A stretch of 43,751 nt of DNA from Candidatus Onthousia faecipullorum (GTDB lineage: Bacteria; Bacillota_I; Bacilli_A; RF39; UBA660), in NCBI GenBank assembly GCA_018715925.1, contig DVKQ01000030.1:1-43751 (forward strand), written 5' to 3'. A program made the translations under genes and the position numbers. The notes beneath the pieces were generated by a model. It ran no database searches. It saw nothing but the letters and a program-made list of their open reading frames with translations, and was not told the DNA's origin. Positions 9,582 through 19,605 of the stretch are shown here, piece after piece (position 1 is the first letter of the stretch; every line of letters starts with the position of its first letter).

Positions 9582-11504
9582 ATGGAAGAAAAAGTAGAAA
9601 ATAATTATGATTCTTCAGCGATACAGGTACTTGAAGGATTAGAAGCAGTTAGAAAAAGACCTGGTATGTATATTGGTTCTACTAGTTCTAGGGGACTTCA
9701 TCATTTAGTGTGGGAGATTGTTGATAATGCTATAGATGAGGCATTAGCAGGATATTGTACACATATTGAAGTTACGATTAATAAAGATAATAGTATTACA
9801 GTAAAAGATGATGGTAGGGGTATTCCTGTTGATATTCATCCTAAAACTGGTAAGAGTACAGTAGAAACTGTTTATACTGTACTTCATGCCGGAGGTAAGT
9901 TCGGTGGTGGAGGATATAAAGTATCAGGAGGATTACATGGTGTAGGTGCTAGTGTAGTTAATGCTTTATCAGATTGGTTAGAAGTTAAAGTTTATCGTGG
10001 TGGAAAAGTCTATTATCAAAGATATCAAACAGGTGGTAAGCCTGTTGAACCCTTAAAGGTTATAGAAGAGTGTAATGCTGATAGAACTGGTACTACAGTT
10101 ACTTTTAAGCCAGATGATCAAATATTTACTGAAACAACAGTTTATGACTATGATATTTTGAAAACAAGACTTCGTGAGTTAGCATTTTTAAATAGAGGAC
10201 TTCGTATTACTCTATACGATGATAGGGAAGATCCTAAGAAAGATAGTTTTCATTATGAAGGTGGTATTCGTGAATACGTAGAGATGCTTAATAAGAATAA
10301 AAATCCTATACATCCTACAATTATTGATATAACTGGTGTAATGCAAGATATTTCTTTGGAAGTTGCTTTGCAATATAATGAATCATATAATGCAGCGATA
10401 TATTCTTTTGTTAATAATATTACAACACCAGAAGGTGGAACTCATGAAGATGGTGTAAGAAGAGCCTTAACAAGAATTTTAAATAAGTATGCACAAAATA
10501 ATAATTTATTAAAAGATAAAGATGATTCTTTAACAGGTGATGATGTAAAAGAAGGCATTACAATGATAATATCAATAAAACATCCTAATCCACAGTTTGA
10601 AGGACAAACTAAGACAAAGCTTGGTAATAGTGAAATTAGAGGAATAGCTGATAAGATTTTTTCAGAACATTTTGAAAGATTTTTATTAGAACATCCTGAT
10701 GAAGCGAAGATAATTATTGAAAAGTGTATAACTGCATCACGTGCTAGAGTTGCGGCTAAGAAGGCTAGAGAGTTAACTCGTCGTAAGGGTGACCTAGATA
10801 TGACTAATGTTTGGGGTAAACTTAACGATTGTAAGAGTAAAGATGCCTCAGAATGTGAAATATTCTTAGTCGAAGGAGATTCTGCAGGTGGTTCTGCTAT
10901 TAAAGGAAGAAATAGTATGACACAAGCGATTTTACCATTACGAGGTAAGATTTTAAATGTAGAGAAAGCAAGACTTGATAGAGCTTTATCTAATGAAGAA
11001 ATTAGAACTATTATTACGGCTTTTGGGACAGGAATAGGTGAAGAATTTGATATTTCTAAGCTACGTTATAATAAAATCATTATAATGACCGATGCTGATG
11101 TTGATGGTTCACATATTAGAGTTTTACTTTTAACGTTATTTTATCGTTTCTTTAGACCTATTGTAGAAGAAGGTCATGTCTATGCAGCACAACCTCCACT
11201 ATTTAGAATTACTCATGGTAAAACACGTAAATATGTTCTAGATGAGGCGGAACGTGATGAATATTTGGCAACGCTTGCTTCTAATACAAAATATGAAATA
11301 ACTCGTATGAAAGGGTTAGGAGAAATGGATGCAGAGGAGTTAAATGAAACAACTATGGATATTACTAAACGTGTTTTAAGACAGATTACAATTGAAGATG
11401 CAGTTGCAGCGGATGAAGTATTCTCAGAGCTTATGGGTGAAGAAGTAGCTCCAAGACGTGAGTTTATTGAAACAAATGCGACTTATGCGACAATAGATGT
11501 TTAG
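9582..11504 (+). CDS. gyrB: DNA gyrase subunit B
   Basis: [35 protein letters not shown]. Confidence 0.99.
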   Translation: MEEKVENNYDSSAIQVLEGLEAVRKRPGMYIGSTSSRGLHHLVWEIVDNAIDEALAGYCTHIEVTINKDNSITVKDDGRGIPVDIHPKTGKSTVETVYTVLHAGGKFGGGGYKVSGGLHGVGASVVNALSDWLEVKVYRGGKVYYQRYQTGGKPVEPLKVIEECNADRTGTTVTFKPDDQIFTETTVYDYDILKTRLRELAFLNRGLRITLYDDREDPKKDSFHYEGGIREYVEMLNKNKNPIHPTIIDITGVMQDISLEVALQYNESYNAAIYSFVNNITTPEGGTHEDGVRRALTRILNKYAQNNNLLKDKDDSLTGDDVKEGITMIISIKHPNPQFEGQTKTKLGNSEIRGIADKIFSEHFERFLLEHPDEAKIIIEKCITASRARVAAKKARELTRRKGDLDMTNVWGKLNDCKSKDASECEIFLVEGDSAGGSAIKGRNSMTQAILPLRGKILNVEKARLDRALSNEEIRTIITAFGTGIGEEFDISKLRYNKIIIMTDADVDGSHIRVLLLTLFYRFFRPIVEEGHVYAAQPPLFRITHGKTRKYVLDEAERDEYLATLASNTKYEITRMKGLGEMDAEELNETTMDITKRVLRQITIEDAVAADEVFSELMGEEVAPRREFIETNATYATIDV

Positions 11505-11514
11505 GAGGTAAATT

Positions 11515-13959
11515 ATGGATAGATTAGAACAAAATAATATAGTAAAGGAAGTAAAAGATTCTTTTCTTGATTACTCAATGAGTGTTATTACTTCAAGAGC
11601 GATACCTGATTTAAGAGATGGTTTAAAACCTGTTCATCGTCGTATTTTATATTCAATGTTTGAGTCTGGTTATACTCCTGATAAACCTCATAAGAAGTGT
11701 GCTAAAACAGTTGGAGAGGTTATGGGTAATTATCATCCACATGGTGATAGTTCAATTTATGAAGCGATGGTTAGAATGGCTCAAGATTTCTCTTATCGGT
11801 ATATGTTAATTGATGGCCACGGCAACTTTGGTAATATTGAAGGATATGGGGCTGCAGCGATGCGTTATACTGAGGCTAGACTTTCAAAGATTTCTCTTGA
11901 ACTCTTAAGAAATATTAATAAAAATACAGTTGACTTTATGTCTAATTTTGATGAATCTTCTAAAGAACCTGTAGTTTTACCATCAAGATTTCCTAATATT
12001 TTAGTTAATGGTACTACTGGTATCGCAGTAGGTATGGCAACCAATATACCTCCTCATAACTTAAAAGAGGTTATAGATGGTTGTGTTGCATACATAGATA
12101 ATCCTGATATTGATGTTGATGGCCTAATGCAATATATTAAAGGACCTGATTTTCCAACAGGTGCGATAATTCTTGGAAATAGCGGTATTAAAAAGGCTTA
12201 TGAGACAGGTAGAGGAACTATTACTATTAGAAGTAAGGCTCAGATAGAAGAAAAAAATGGTAGACAATATATTATTATTGATGAAGTTCCTTATGGTGTT
12301 AATACATCGGAATTAAAAAATAAGGTTGCAGAACTTGTTCATAATAAGACAATTGAAGGTATATCTGATTATCATTCTGATTTAAAAGATGGTATTAAGA
12401 TAACTATTACACTAAAGAAAGATGCCAATGCTCAAGTTGTTTTAAATAAACTATATAAGCATACACAGTTTCAAACAAGTTATGGAATAATTTTCTTAAT
12501 GTTAGACCAGGGTGTACCTAAAACATTGGGATTAAAAGATATAATTGCAAAATATATTGATTTCCAAAGGGAAGTTATTATTAGAAGAACTAAATTTGAT
12601 CTAGATAATGCAGAAAAACGTGTTCATATATTAGAAGGTTTAAAAATAGCATTAGATCATATTGATGAAGTAATTAAGTTAATTAGAGGATCTAAGTCTG
12701 ACGATGAGGCAAGAAATGGTTTAATGAATAAATTTGGCTTAAGTGAAATTCAAGCGAATGCTATTTTAGAGATGAGACTTAGAAGATTAACTGGATTAGA
12801 AAGAGAGAAAATAGAAAACGAACTTAAGGATTTACTTGAGTTAATTGCAAATTTGAAAGATATTTTAAGTAGTGATGCTAAGATTCTTAATGTTATTAAA
12901 ACAGAACTTTTAGAAATTAAAGATAAATATGGTGATGATAGAAGAACTAATATTGATATGACAGCGATTGAATATATTGAGGATGAATCTTTAATTCCTG
13001 TTGAGGATGTAATTGTAACTTTAACAAATAAAGGTTATATTAAAAGATTGAGAGCGGATACTTATAAGAGTCAAAATCGTGGCGGTGTTGGAATAAAAGG
13101 TATGGCCACAAATGAAGAAGACTTTGTTAAACATTTAATTTCAATGAAAACACACGATTATATCTTATTCTTCTCTAATAAAGGTAGAGTATATAGGCTT
13201 AAAGGATATGAGATTCCAGAGTTTAGTCGTCAGTCTAAAGGGTTACCTGTGGTTAATTTGTTATCATTAGAAAACAGTGAAAATATTAGTTCGATAGTAT
13301 GCTTGGACCCTTCTGTGGAAAACTATAAATATTTACTTTTTGTTACCAGAAATGGTCTTGTAAAACGTACTGAAATAAGTGAATTTGACAATATTAGAAA
13401 GAGTGGAAAGATTGCCATTGTTCTTAAAGATAACGATGAGTTAATAGCTGTGGATAAAACTACAGGAGAAAATGAAGTCATAATTGGTGCAAGTAATGGA
13501 AGAATGGTAAGATTTGTGGAAAATGAAATACGTTCTATGGGGCGTGGTACTTCTGGAGTTAAAGGAATTGAACTTGATGGAAGTGTTGTTGTAGGTGCCA
13601 ATGTTGTTGCTGATAATCAAGAAGTTTTAATTGTTACTGAGAATGGGTATGGTAAGAAAACAAGTATTAATGAATATCGATTAACTCATAGAGGCAGTAA
13701 AGGTGTTAAGGCTTTAAATATGACAGATAAAAATGGTTCTATGATATCTCTTAATTGTGTTGGTACTGATGAAGGTGATAAGAAAGATGTGATGATTATT
13801 ACAGATAGTGGTGTTGTTATGCGAATGCCAATGGAACAGATATCTACTTTGAAGAGAGCAACACAAGGAGTTAGATTGATTCATTTAAAAGATGATCAAA
13901 AGGTAGCAACAGTTACAGTTGTGGATAAAGATGAAGAAGAAATTATTACTGAAGAATAA
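11515..13959 (+). CDS. gyrA: DNA gyrase subunit A
   Basis: YHPHGD, AAMRYTE and GyrA box QNRGGVG. Confidence 0.99.
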   Translation: MDRLEQNNIVKEVKDSFLDYSMSVITSRAIPDLRDGLKPVHRRILYSMFESGYTPDKPHKKCAKTVGEVMGNYHPHGDSSIYEAMVRMAQDFSYRYMLIDGHGNFGNIEGYGAAAMRYTEARLSKISLELLRNINKNTVDFMSNFDESSKEPVVLPSRFPNILVNGTTGIAVGMATNIPPHNLKEVIDGCVAYIDNPDIDVDGLMQYIKGPDFPTGAIILGNSGIKKAYETGRGTITIRSKAQIEEKNGRQYIIIDEVPYGVNTSELKNKVAELVHNKTIEGISDYHSDLKDGIKITITLKKDANAQVVLNKLYKHTQFQTSYGIIFLMLDQGVPKTLGLKDIIAKYIDFQREVIIRRTKFDLDNAEKRVHILEGLKIALDHIDEVIKLIRGSKSDDEARNGLMNKFGLSEIQANAILEMRLRRLTGLEREKIENELKDLLELIANLKDILSSDAKILNVIKTELLEIKDKYGDDRRTNIDMTAIEYIEDESLIPVEDVIVTLTNKGYIKRLRADTYKSQNRGGVGIKGMATNEEDFVKHLISMKTHDYILFFSNKGRVYRLKGYEIPEFSRQSKGLPVVNLLSLENSENISSIVCLDPSVENYKYLLFVTRNGLVKRTEISEFDNIRKSGKIAIVLKDNDELIAVDKTTGENEVIIGASNGRMVRFVENEIRSMGRGTSGVKGIELDGSVVVGANVVADNQEVLIVTENGYGKKTSINEYRLTHRGSKGVKALNMTDKNGSMISLNCVGTDEGDKKDVMIITDSGVVMRMPMEQISTLKRATQGVRLIHLKDDQKVATVTVVDKDEEEIITEE

Positions 13960-13973
13960 TTTCTTCTTTTTTT
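13933..13973 (+). terminator. terminator overlapping the gyrA stop
   Basis: AGAAGAAATTATT...AATAATTTCTTCT inverted repeat followed by a T run. Confidence 0.65.
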
Positions 13974-13996
13974 AATTATATTGTAATAGTACTTAA

Positions 13997-14390
13997 TGTT
14001 TCACGTGAAACATATGAAGAAAGTATTCAATTTTATATAGAGAAGTACTGAAATTATTTCCCGGGAAATAATTTGTAAAGAAATATTATCTATTTAACCT
14101 TATATATTGTAATAGTACTTAATGTTTCACGTGAAACATATAGAGAAAGTATTTGATTTTATATAAAGAAGTACTGAAATTATTTCCCGGGAAATAATTT
14201 GTAAAGAAATAGTATTAATTTGAATATATATATTTTAACATTATCTAATGTTTCACGTGAAACATATGAAGAAAGTATTTGATTATATATAGAGAAATAC
14301 GAAAATTATTTCCCGGGAAATAATTTGTAAAGAAATATTATCTATTTAACCTTATATATTGTAATAGTACTTAATGTTTCACGTGAAACA
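13997..14390. promoter_or_regulatory. four parS sites (ParB/Spo0J binding)
   Basis: Perfect TGTTTCACGTGAAACA at 13997-14012, 14123-14138, 14249-14264 and 14375-14390. Confidence 0.95.
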
Positions 14391-14448
14391 TATGAAGAAA
14401 GTATTTGATTTTATATAAAGAAGTACTGAAATTATTTCCCGGGAAATA
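14055..14448. promoter_or_regulatory. four Noc-binding sites (NBS)
   Basis: Perfect TATTTCCCGGGAAATA at 14055-14070, 14181-14196, 14307-14322 and 14433-14448, each inside the 24-bp palindrome AAATTATTTCCCGGGAAATAATTT; matches the B. subtilis NBS consensus. Confidence 0.88.
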
Positions 14449-14487
14449 ATTTGTAAAGAAATAGTTTGTTAAATGTAAATAAAAATC

Positions 14488-14516
14488 TTGAATTTACCTT
14501 CTTTTTTTTGTATACT
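14488..14516 (+). promoter_or_regulatory. sigma-A promoter of the SRP RNA
   Basis: TTGAAT-17 bp-TATACT. Confidence 0.8.
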
Positions 14517-14521
14517 GTTAT

Positions 14522-14594
14522 CGTGCAATAAATTAGTTTGGAATCAGGTCAGGATGGAAACATAGCAGCCTTAACAAATCTAATTTATGTGCAC
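14522..14594 (+). ncRNA. ffs: small bacterial SRP (4.5S-type) RNA
   Basis: Single hairpin GTGCA/ATAAATTAG...CTAATTTAT/TGCAC enclosing the helix-8 motif TCAGG-ATG-GAAA-CAT-AGCAG; T run after it; next to tadA/dnaX like B. subtilis scr. Confidence 0.93.
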
Positions 14595-14621
14595 TTTTTT
14601 TATACAATAATGGAGGTTTCT

Positions 14622-15080
14622 ATGAATGATTATAAATATATGTTATTGGCTTTAGAACAAGCAAAAAAAGCTTATGATGAAGGTGAAGTTCCAGTTGGTG
14701 CTGTAATAGTGAAAGATGATAATGTAATTGCTAAGACACATAATACTAAGGAAAAAAATAAATGTTCGTTAGAACATGCTGAACTTTCTGCTATTAAGTT
14801 AGCTTGTGGAAAACTAAATAATTGGAGACTGATTGGAACTACTATCTATGTTACTCTTGAGCCTTGTCCAATGTGTGCCAGTGCTATTAAACAAAGTAGA
14901 ATAAATAGAGTTGTTTATTTGCTAGACAATAATGATATTAATAATTCAAAAATTGTTAATGAAATTTTCAGTTTACATGATGCAAATGCATCTGTGGAAA
15001 AAATGAAACTTGATATTTCTAAATTTAGTGAAAAAGATATTGATATTATTAGTGATTTTTTTAGAAAAAAAAGATATTAA
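14622..15080 (+). CDS. tadA: tRNA adenosine(34) deaminase
   Basis: GEVPVGAV, HAE, TLEPCPMC; start at 14622 after GGAGG. Confidence 0.93.
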   Translation: MNDYKYMLLALEQAKKAYDEGEVPVGAVIVKDDNVIAKTHNTKEKNKCSLEHAELSAIKLACGKLNNWRLIGTTIYVTLEPCPMCASAIKQSRINRVVYLLDNNDINNSKIVNEIFSLHDANASVEKMKLDISKFSEKDIDIISDFFRKKRY

Positions 15081-15148
15081 ACATATGTTTTATATGTTCT
15101 TTTTTTCTTTTGTTTGTTATACTATTTGTGTTTAGTGAGGTGAGGTAT

Positions 15149-16837
15149 ATGTATCAAGCTTTGTATCGTAAATATAGGCCTACTGTTTTTGATGATGTAG
15201 TAGGACAAAATATTGTAGTTAATACTTTGAAAAATGCTATTAATTATAACCATATTAATCATGCTTATTTATTTTCTGGTCCTAGAGGAACAGGTAAAAC
15301 TACTATTGCTAAAATTTTTGCACGATCAGTTAATTGTTTAGAACCTGTTAATGGTGTAGCCTGTGGAAAATGTAAAAACTGTTTATATTCATTTTCAAAA
15401 GAATGTATGGATATTATTGAAATAGATGCTGCTTCTAATAATGGTGTAGATGAAATAAGGGAACTTCGTAGTAAAGTTGGTATTTTACCAAGTGAGCTTA
15501 AATATAAAGTTTATATTATAGATGAAGTACATATGTTATCTATTGGTGCTTTTAATGCTTTATTAAAAACTATTGAGGAACCACCAGAACATGTAATCTT
15601 TATTTTGGCAACTACAGATCCAGAGAAAATACCTGCTACTATTATATCTAGGTGTCAGTGGTATTCTTTTAAGAAGATTAGTAATGATGATATTGTTAAA
15701 AGACTTATAGAAATAGTTAATGATGAGAATATTAAAGTTGATGAGAAGGTTCTTGAAAAAATCGCACAAGCTTCTGATGGTGGACTTCGTGATGCGATTG
15801 GACTTCTTGATAAATTAAGAGCTTACTGTACTGATGAAATTACTTTGGATGACTTTTATGAGATAAATGGAGAAGTTAATGAAGAAGAGTTAAAGAAACT
15901 AGAAAAATTAATATTTTCTTTTGAGGTAAGTGAAGTTCTTTCCTTTGTTGAAAAACATTATAGGGATGGGAAAAATTTAGTTCAAGTTGTTAAACAATTA
16001 ATGTTACTTATTAAAGATGAGTTATTTAATCATTATATAAATAATGACGAGCTTATTTTCGAAGAGTCTGAACTTGTTAATTTCTTAAATCTTTTGAATG
16101 AACATTTGGTTGAGTTGAAGAAAGCAGATGATGTTAAGTTATCTATTGAAATCTTTTTGTTACATTATATGAATGAACATAAAAATCCTAAAACTGTACC
16201 AAATGAAGATGCTTATTCTCAAACTAAAACAACTGAGGAAGTATATATAAGACCTAAGAGGGGAGAAAAAACTATTTCCACAGAGACAGTGGATAAACAA
16301 AATAAGATAAAAAGTTTATCAACAGAAGTTGTGCAAAAAAATAATGAACAAATAAAAAAATATGAAGAGTTAATGTTAATAAGAAGTAAAAATACAATGA
16401 TAGAAGCAGTGAAAGATGAATTAAATAAAGAAACAAATAATTTTGATAAACTTAATGATTATACTTTTGATTCTAATAATGGATATCTTGCTTGTGAACT
16501 TTTAGATGGTAAGGTAAGGGCATCTAGTCTTAAAAATATTATTATTAGTTATGATTATGAAGGAATGGTAGATAAGCTTAGTAATCATTTTAATAAGTTA
16601 AATGACTTTTATAATGAAAAAACAGGATCATCTAAGAGAATTGCTTTTATTACTACTACAAAATGGAATGAGTTGAAACAAGAATACATTAATCTACATA
16701 AGCAAGGAAAACAATTTGAATATCAAGAAGAACCTATATTGAATAGTTTGGAAGAAGATGTTAAAATAAATAATGAATCTGATGATTTAATAAATCAAAC
16801 TATTGAGATGTTTGGAGATTTAGTAGAAGTTGAATAG
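15149..16837 (+). CDS. dnaX: DNA polymerase III gamma/tau
   Basis: LYRKYRP, GPRGTGKT, DAASNNGVD, IIDEVHML, SRC. Confidence 0.98.
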   Translation: MYQALYRKYRPTVFDDVVGQNIVVNTLKNAINYNHINHAYLFSGPRGTGKTTIAKIFARSVNCLEPVNGVACGKCKNCLYSFSKECMDIIEIDAASNNGVDEIRELRSKVGILPSELKYKVYIIDEVHMLSIGAFNALLKTIEEPPEHVIFILATTDPEKIPATIISRCQWYSFKKISNDDIVKRLIEIVNDENIKVDEKVLEKIAQASDGGLRDAIGLLDKLRAYCTDEITLDDFYEINGEVNEEELKKLEKLIFSFEVSEVLSFVEKHYRDGKNLVQVVKQLMLLIKDELFNHYINNDELIFEESELVNFLNLLNEHLVELKKADDVKLSIEIFLLHYMNEHKNPKTVPNEDAYSQTKTTEEVYIRPKRGEKTISTETVDKQNKIKSLSTEVVQKNNEQIKKYEELMLIRSKNTMIEAVKDELNKETNNFDKLNDYTFDSNNGYLACELLDGKVRASSLKNIIISYDYEGMVDKLSNHFNKLNDFYNEKTGSSKRIAFITTTKWNELKQEYINLHKQGKQFEYQEEPILNSLEEDVKINNESDDLINQTIEMFGDLVEVE

Positions 16838-16851
16838 AAAGAAGGGATAAT

Positions 16852-17148
16852 ATGAATATACAAGCAATGATGAAACAAGCTCAAAAATTACAAAGTGATA
16901 TGATGAAAGTTAAAGATGAAATCGATAAGATGGAGTTTTCTAGTACTAATGGACTAGTAACAGTTAAAATCAATGGTAAGAAAGAAGTATTAGAAGTAAA
17001 AATAGAAAACGATTCTGATTTTTCTAGTGATGATTTAGAAATGCTTCAAGATATGATTGTAATTGCAACTAACGATGCTATGAAACAAGTAGATAAAATA
17101 ACAGAAGAGAAGATGGGACGTTTTAGTTCTATACCTGGGTTATTTTAA
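16852..17148 (+). CDS. ybaB: YbaB/EbfC nucleoid-associated protein
   Basis: MMKQAQKLQ...DLEMLQDMIVIA; between dnaX and recR. Confidence 0.95.
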   Translation: MNIQAMMKQAQKLQSDMMKVKDEIDKMEFSSTNGLVTVKINGKKEVLEVKIENDSDFSSDDLEMLQDMIVIATNDAMKQVDKITEEKMGRFSSIPGLF

Positions 17149-17744
17149 TGTATCCTGACAGTTTAAAGAATTTAATAGAGAGTTTTGAAAACTTTCCAGG
17201 AATTGGGGAAAAGACAGCAGAGCGGATGGCTTTTTCTGTTCTTTCTTTTGATGAAGATAAGTTTGAATTATTACAAGAAAATTTAGAAGAAGTTAAAAAC
17301 AATATTCGTCCTTGTAAGATTTGTAATACTCTTACTGATAAAGATAAATGTACAATTTGTGAATCTGATTTAAGAGAGAAAGGGACTATTTTAGTAGTTG
17401 AAGATTCTAAGATAGTATTTCTATTTGAAAAGTTAGGTACTTATAAAGGATTATATCATGTTATTAATGGGCTTATTTCTCCACTTGATGATATTAATCC
17501 TGAAGATATTGGACTTGATAAGTTATTAGATAGAGTAAAAAATGAAAATATTAAAGAAGTAATACTTGCTTTGAAACCTAGTGTAGAAGGAGAGATAACC
17601 TCTTTATATATTAAAAAAATATTAGAAGGAATGAATATTGTTGTTACTAGACTTGCTAGTGGTGTTCCAATAGGTGCTGATATGGAATACATTGATACTC
17701 TTACTTTGGAAAGAGCTTTAGAAGATAGAAAAGAACTTTCATAA
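17148..17744 (+). CDS. recR: recombination mediator RecR
   Basis: PGIGEKTA, C4 zinc finger, TRLASGVPIG. Confidence 0.98.
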   Translation: MYPDSLKNLIESFENFPGIGEKTAERMAFSVLSFDEDKFELLQENLEEVKNNIRPCKICNTLTDKDKCTICESDLREKGTILVVEDSKIVFLFEKLGTYKGLYHVINGLISPLDDINPEDIGLDKLLDRVKNENIKEVILALKPSVEGEITSLYIKKILEGMNIVVTRLASGVPIGADMEYIDTLTLERALEDRKELS

Positions 17745-17767
17745 TATTAAATATTTTTTCATATGCT
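17739..17767 (+). promoter_or_regulatory. sigma-E-type promoter of bofA
   Basis: TCATAAT-14 bp-CATATGCT fits the B. subtilis sigma-E consensus; bofA is sigma-E controlled there. Confidence 0.65.
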
Positions 17768-17783
17768 TTATTAGGTGAAGACT

Positions 17784-17981
17784 ATGAAGCAAGTTATGAA
17801 GAAAGTATGGCGTGTTTTACAGAAAATAATAATTAGTACATTTATACTATATGGTTATAATCTAATTGCAACTAGATTTAACTTAGTTATTCCTATTAAT
17901 GTTTTTACAGTAGGATCTGTTAGTATACTTGGTTTTCCAATGCTTTTTGTTTTAGTTTTATTAAAAGTATTAATGTTTTAA
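17784..17981 (+). CDS. bofA: pro-sigmaK processing inhibitor BofA family
   Basis: IPINVFT...ILGFP in a small hydrophobic protein after recR. Confidence 0.85.
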   Translation: MKQVMKKVWRVLQKIIISTFILYGYNLIATRFNLVIPINVFTVGSVSILGFPMLFVLVLLKVLMF

Positions 17982-17996
17982 GAGGTGGATGTAGTA

Positions 17997-18824
17997 ATGG
18001 ATTTAGAAGTGAAGTCTTTACAACCTATGTTTTATAATCAGATAATGAAAGCTCTTGATAAGGGCTTTTTGTCGCATGCTTATTTAATAGAAACTAATAA
18101 TAATAGTTTAGATATTGTAAAAAAATATATTCTTTTTTTAGTAGAGAGAATATATGAAGATTCTTATAAAAATCATGATGTTACTATTTCTAAAGATAAG
18201 TTATTTCATTTGATAGAGAATAATGAATTTCCTGATTATATAGAAGTTAATCCTGTTAATAATCAAATAAAGAAAGAGCAGTTACTTTTTATTAGAAATG
18301 AGTTTTCTAGTAAATCCTTATATAATACAAGAAAAGTATATGTTGTGTTTGAATGTGATAAGATGAATGTTAGTGCTTCTAATACAATACTTAAGTTTCT
18401 TGAAGAACCAAGTGATGATGTAGTGGCTATTTTTGTTACTAGTAATCAGTATAATGTTTTAGATACTATTAGGTCTAGATGTCAGATTATGAGGCTTCAA
18501 TATGAAGAAAGTAATGAGAATAGCTTTTCTGATAAAATTCTTTCTTTTATAGATGATATAAATAAAAGAAAAAGTGATGATTTGTTACTTAAATTTAACT
18601 ATTATAGTAGTAATTTCTTTAAAGATAAGAGTTCATCTACTGACTTTATTAGAGATGTATTAAAATATTATAAGAGCTTATTAAATAAAGAAGATAATGC
18701 TATTAATTTAGAAGAAGTAATTAGTATTGTTTCTATATTAGATGAAAAGTTGAAGAAGTTGAAGTATAATGTTAATATGAAGTTGTGGATTGATGATTTA
18801 TTACTTTCTTTGATGGAGGTGTAG
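17997..18824 (+). CDS. holB: DNA polymerase III delta' subunit (divergent)
   Basis: SHAYL, SNTILKFLEEP, TIRSRC; upstream of yaaT. Confidence 0.88.
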   Translation: MDLEVKSLQPMFYNQIMKALDKGFLSHAYLIETNNNSLDIVKKYILFLVERIYEDSYKNHDVTISKDKLFHLIENNEFPDYIEVNPVNNQIKKEQLLFIRNEFSSKSLYNTRKVYVVFECDKMNVSASNTILKFLEEPSDDVVAIFVTSNQYNVLDTIRSRCQIMRLQYEESNENSFSDKILSFIDDINKRKSDDLLLKFNYYSSNFFKDKSSSTDFIRDVLKYYKSLLNKEDNAINLEEVISIVSILDEKLKKLKYNVNMKLWIDDLLLSLMEV

Positions 18825-18825
18825 G

Positions 18826-19605
18826 ATGAAGTTATTAAAGATTTCTTATATAGATGAGTTATTTAATGATTATGATTATGTAAAATATCCAGAGAATACT
18901 TTTTTTAAAGTAGGATGGGAGATTATTGTTAAGAATGATGATTTGTTAAAGATTGCATCTATAGTAAGTATGGAAGATAAAGATGATATTGATGTTACTA
19001 CTAGTTTTGTTAGAGTTGCTACTAAAAGAGATAGGGAACAACATAATAAAAATAAGAAAGATAGTATAGAGGCTTTAACTCTTGCTCAAGAGAAATCTTT
19101 AGAGCTTGATTTAGATATGCATTTTATTTCTTCTTTTTATACTTTTGATAGAAAACAATTGTTTCTATGTTATACGGCAGATGCTAGGGTTGATTTTAGG
19201 GAACTTGCTAAAGTATTAGCACAAAGATATAAGACAAGAATAGAGCTTAGACAAATTGGAGTTAGAGATAGAGCGAAGAAAGTAGGGGGACTTGGTCCTT
19301 GTGGTTTATTTTTATGTTGTAGTACTTTTTTAACAGATTTTGTTAGTGTTTCTATTAATATGGCTAAGAATCAGTTTTTAGCTTTAAATCCTACGAAGAT
19401 AAATGGAAGTTGTGGTAGACTTTTATGTTGTTTAAACTATGAAGATGAAGTTTATACTGAATTAAAGAAAGGGTTACCTAGTATTGGAAGTTTAGTTGAG
19501 ACAAATGACGGGTTAGGTAAAGTTACAGAAGTTGATGTTTTTAAGAGAACATATAAGGCAGAATTTAAAGATAAAGGAGTACTTGAGTTTAGTGTTAATG
19601 AATAA
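18826..19605 (+). CDS. yaaT: PSP1-domain protein YaaT/RicT
   Basis: RVDFREL, RIELRQIGVRD, GPCG..LCC, CGRLLCCL. Confidence 0.95.
   Translation: MKLLKISYIDELFNDYDYVKYPENTFFKVGWEIIVKNDDLLKIASIVSMEDKDDIDVTTSFVRVATKRDREQHNKNKKDSIEALTLAQEKSLELDLDMHFISSFYTFDRKQLFLCYTADARVDFRELAKVLAQRYKTRIELRQIGVRDRAKKVGGLGPCGLFLCCSTFLTDFVSVSINMAKNQFLALNPTKINGSCGRLLCCLNYEDEVYTELKKGLPSIGSLVETNDGLGKVTEVDVFKRTYKAEFKDKGVLEFSVNE

Larger units (their letters stand above)
13977..14465. repeat. tandem array of four 126-bp units, each with one parS and one Noc-binding-site palindrome
   Basis: parS starts at 13997, 14123, 14249 and 14375; NBS starts at 14055, 14181, 14307 and 14433; the period is exactly 126 bp. Confidence 0.97.

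Noticed and set aside
9582-13959. Topoisomerase IV instead of gyrase
   Set aside because: The GyrA box and the position after recF indicate gyrase
13977-14465. CRISPR array or transposon-end interpretation of the repeat
   Set aside because: The intervening sequences are copies of one another rather than unique spacers, no cas or transposase gene is present, and both palindromes match known ParB-family sites
14538-14621. N-terminal extension of TadA in the ORF track
   Set aside because: It overlaps the SRP RNA; the RBS supports ATG 14622
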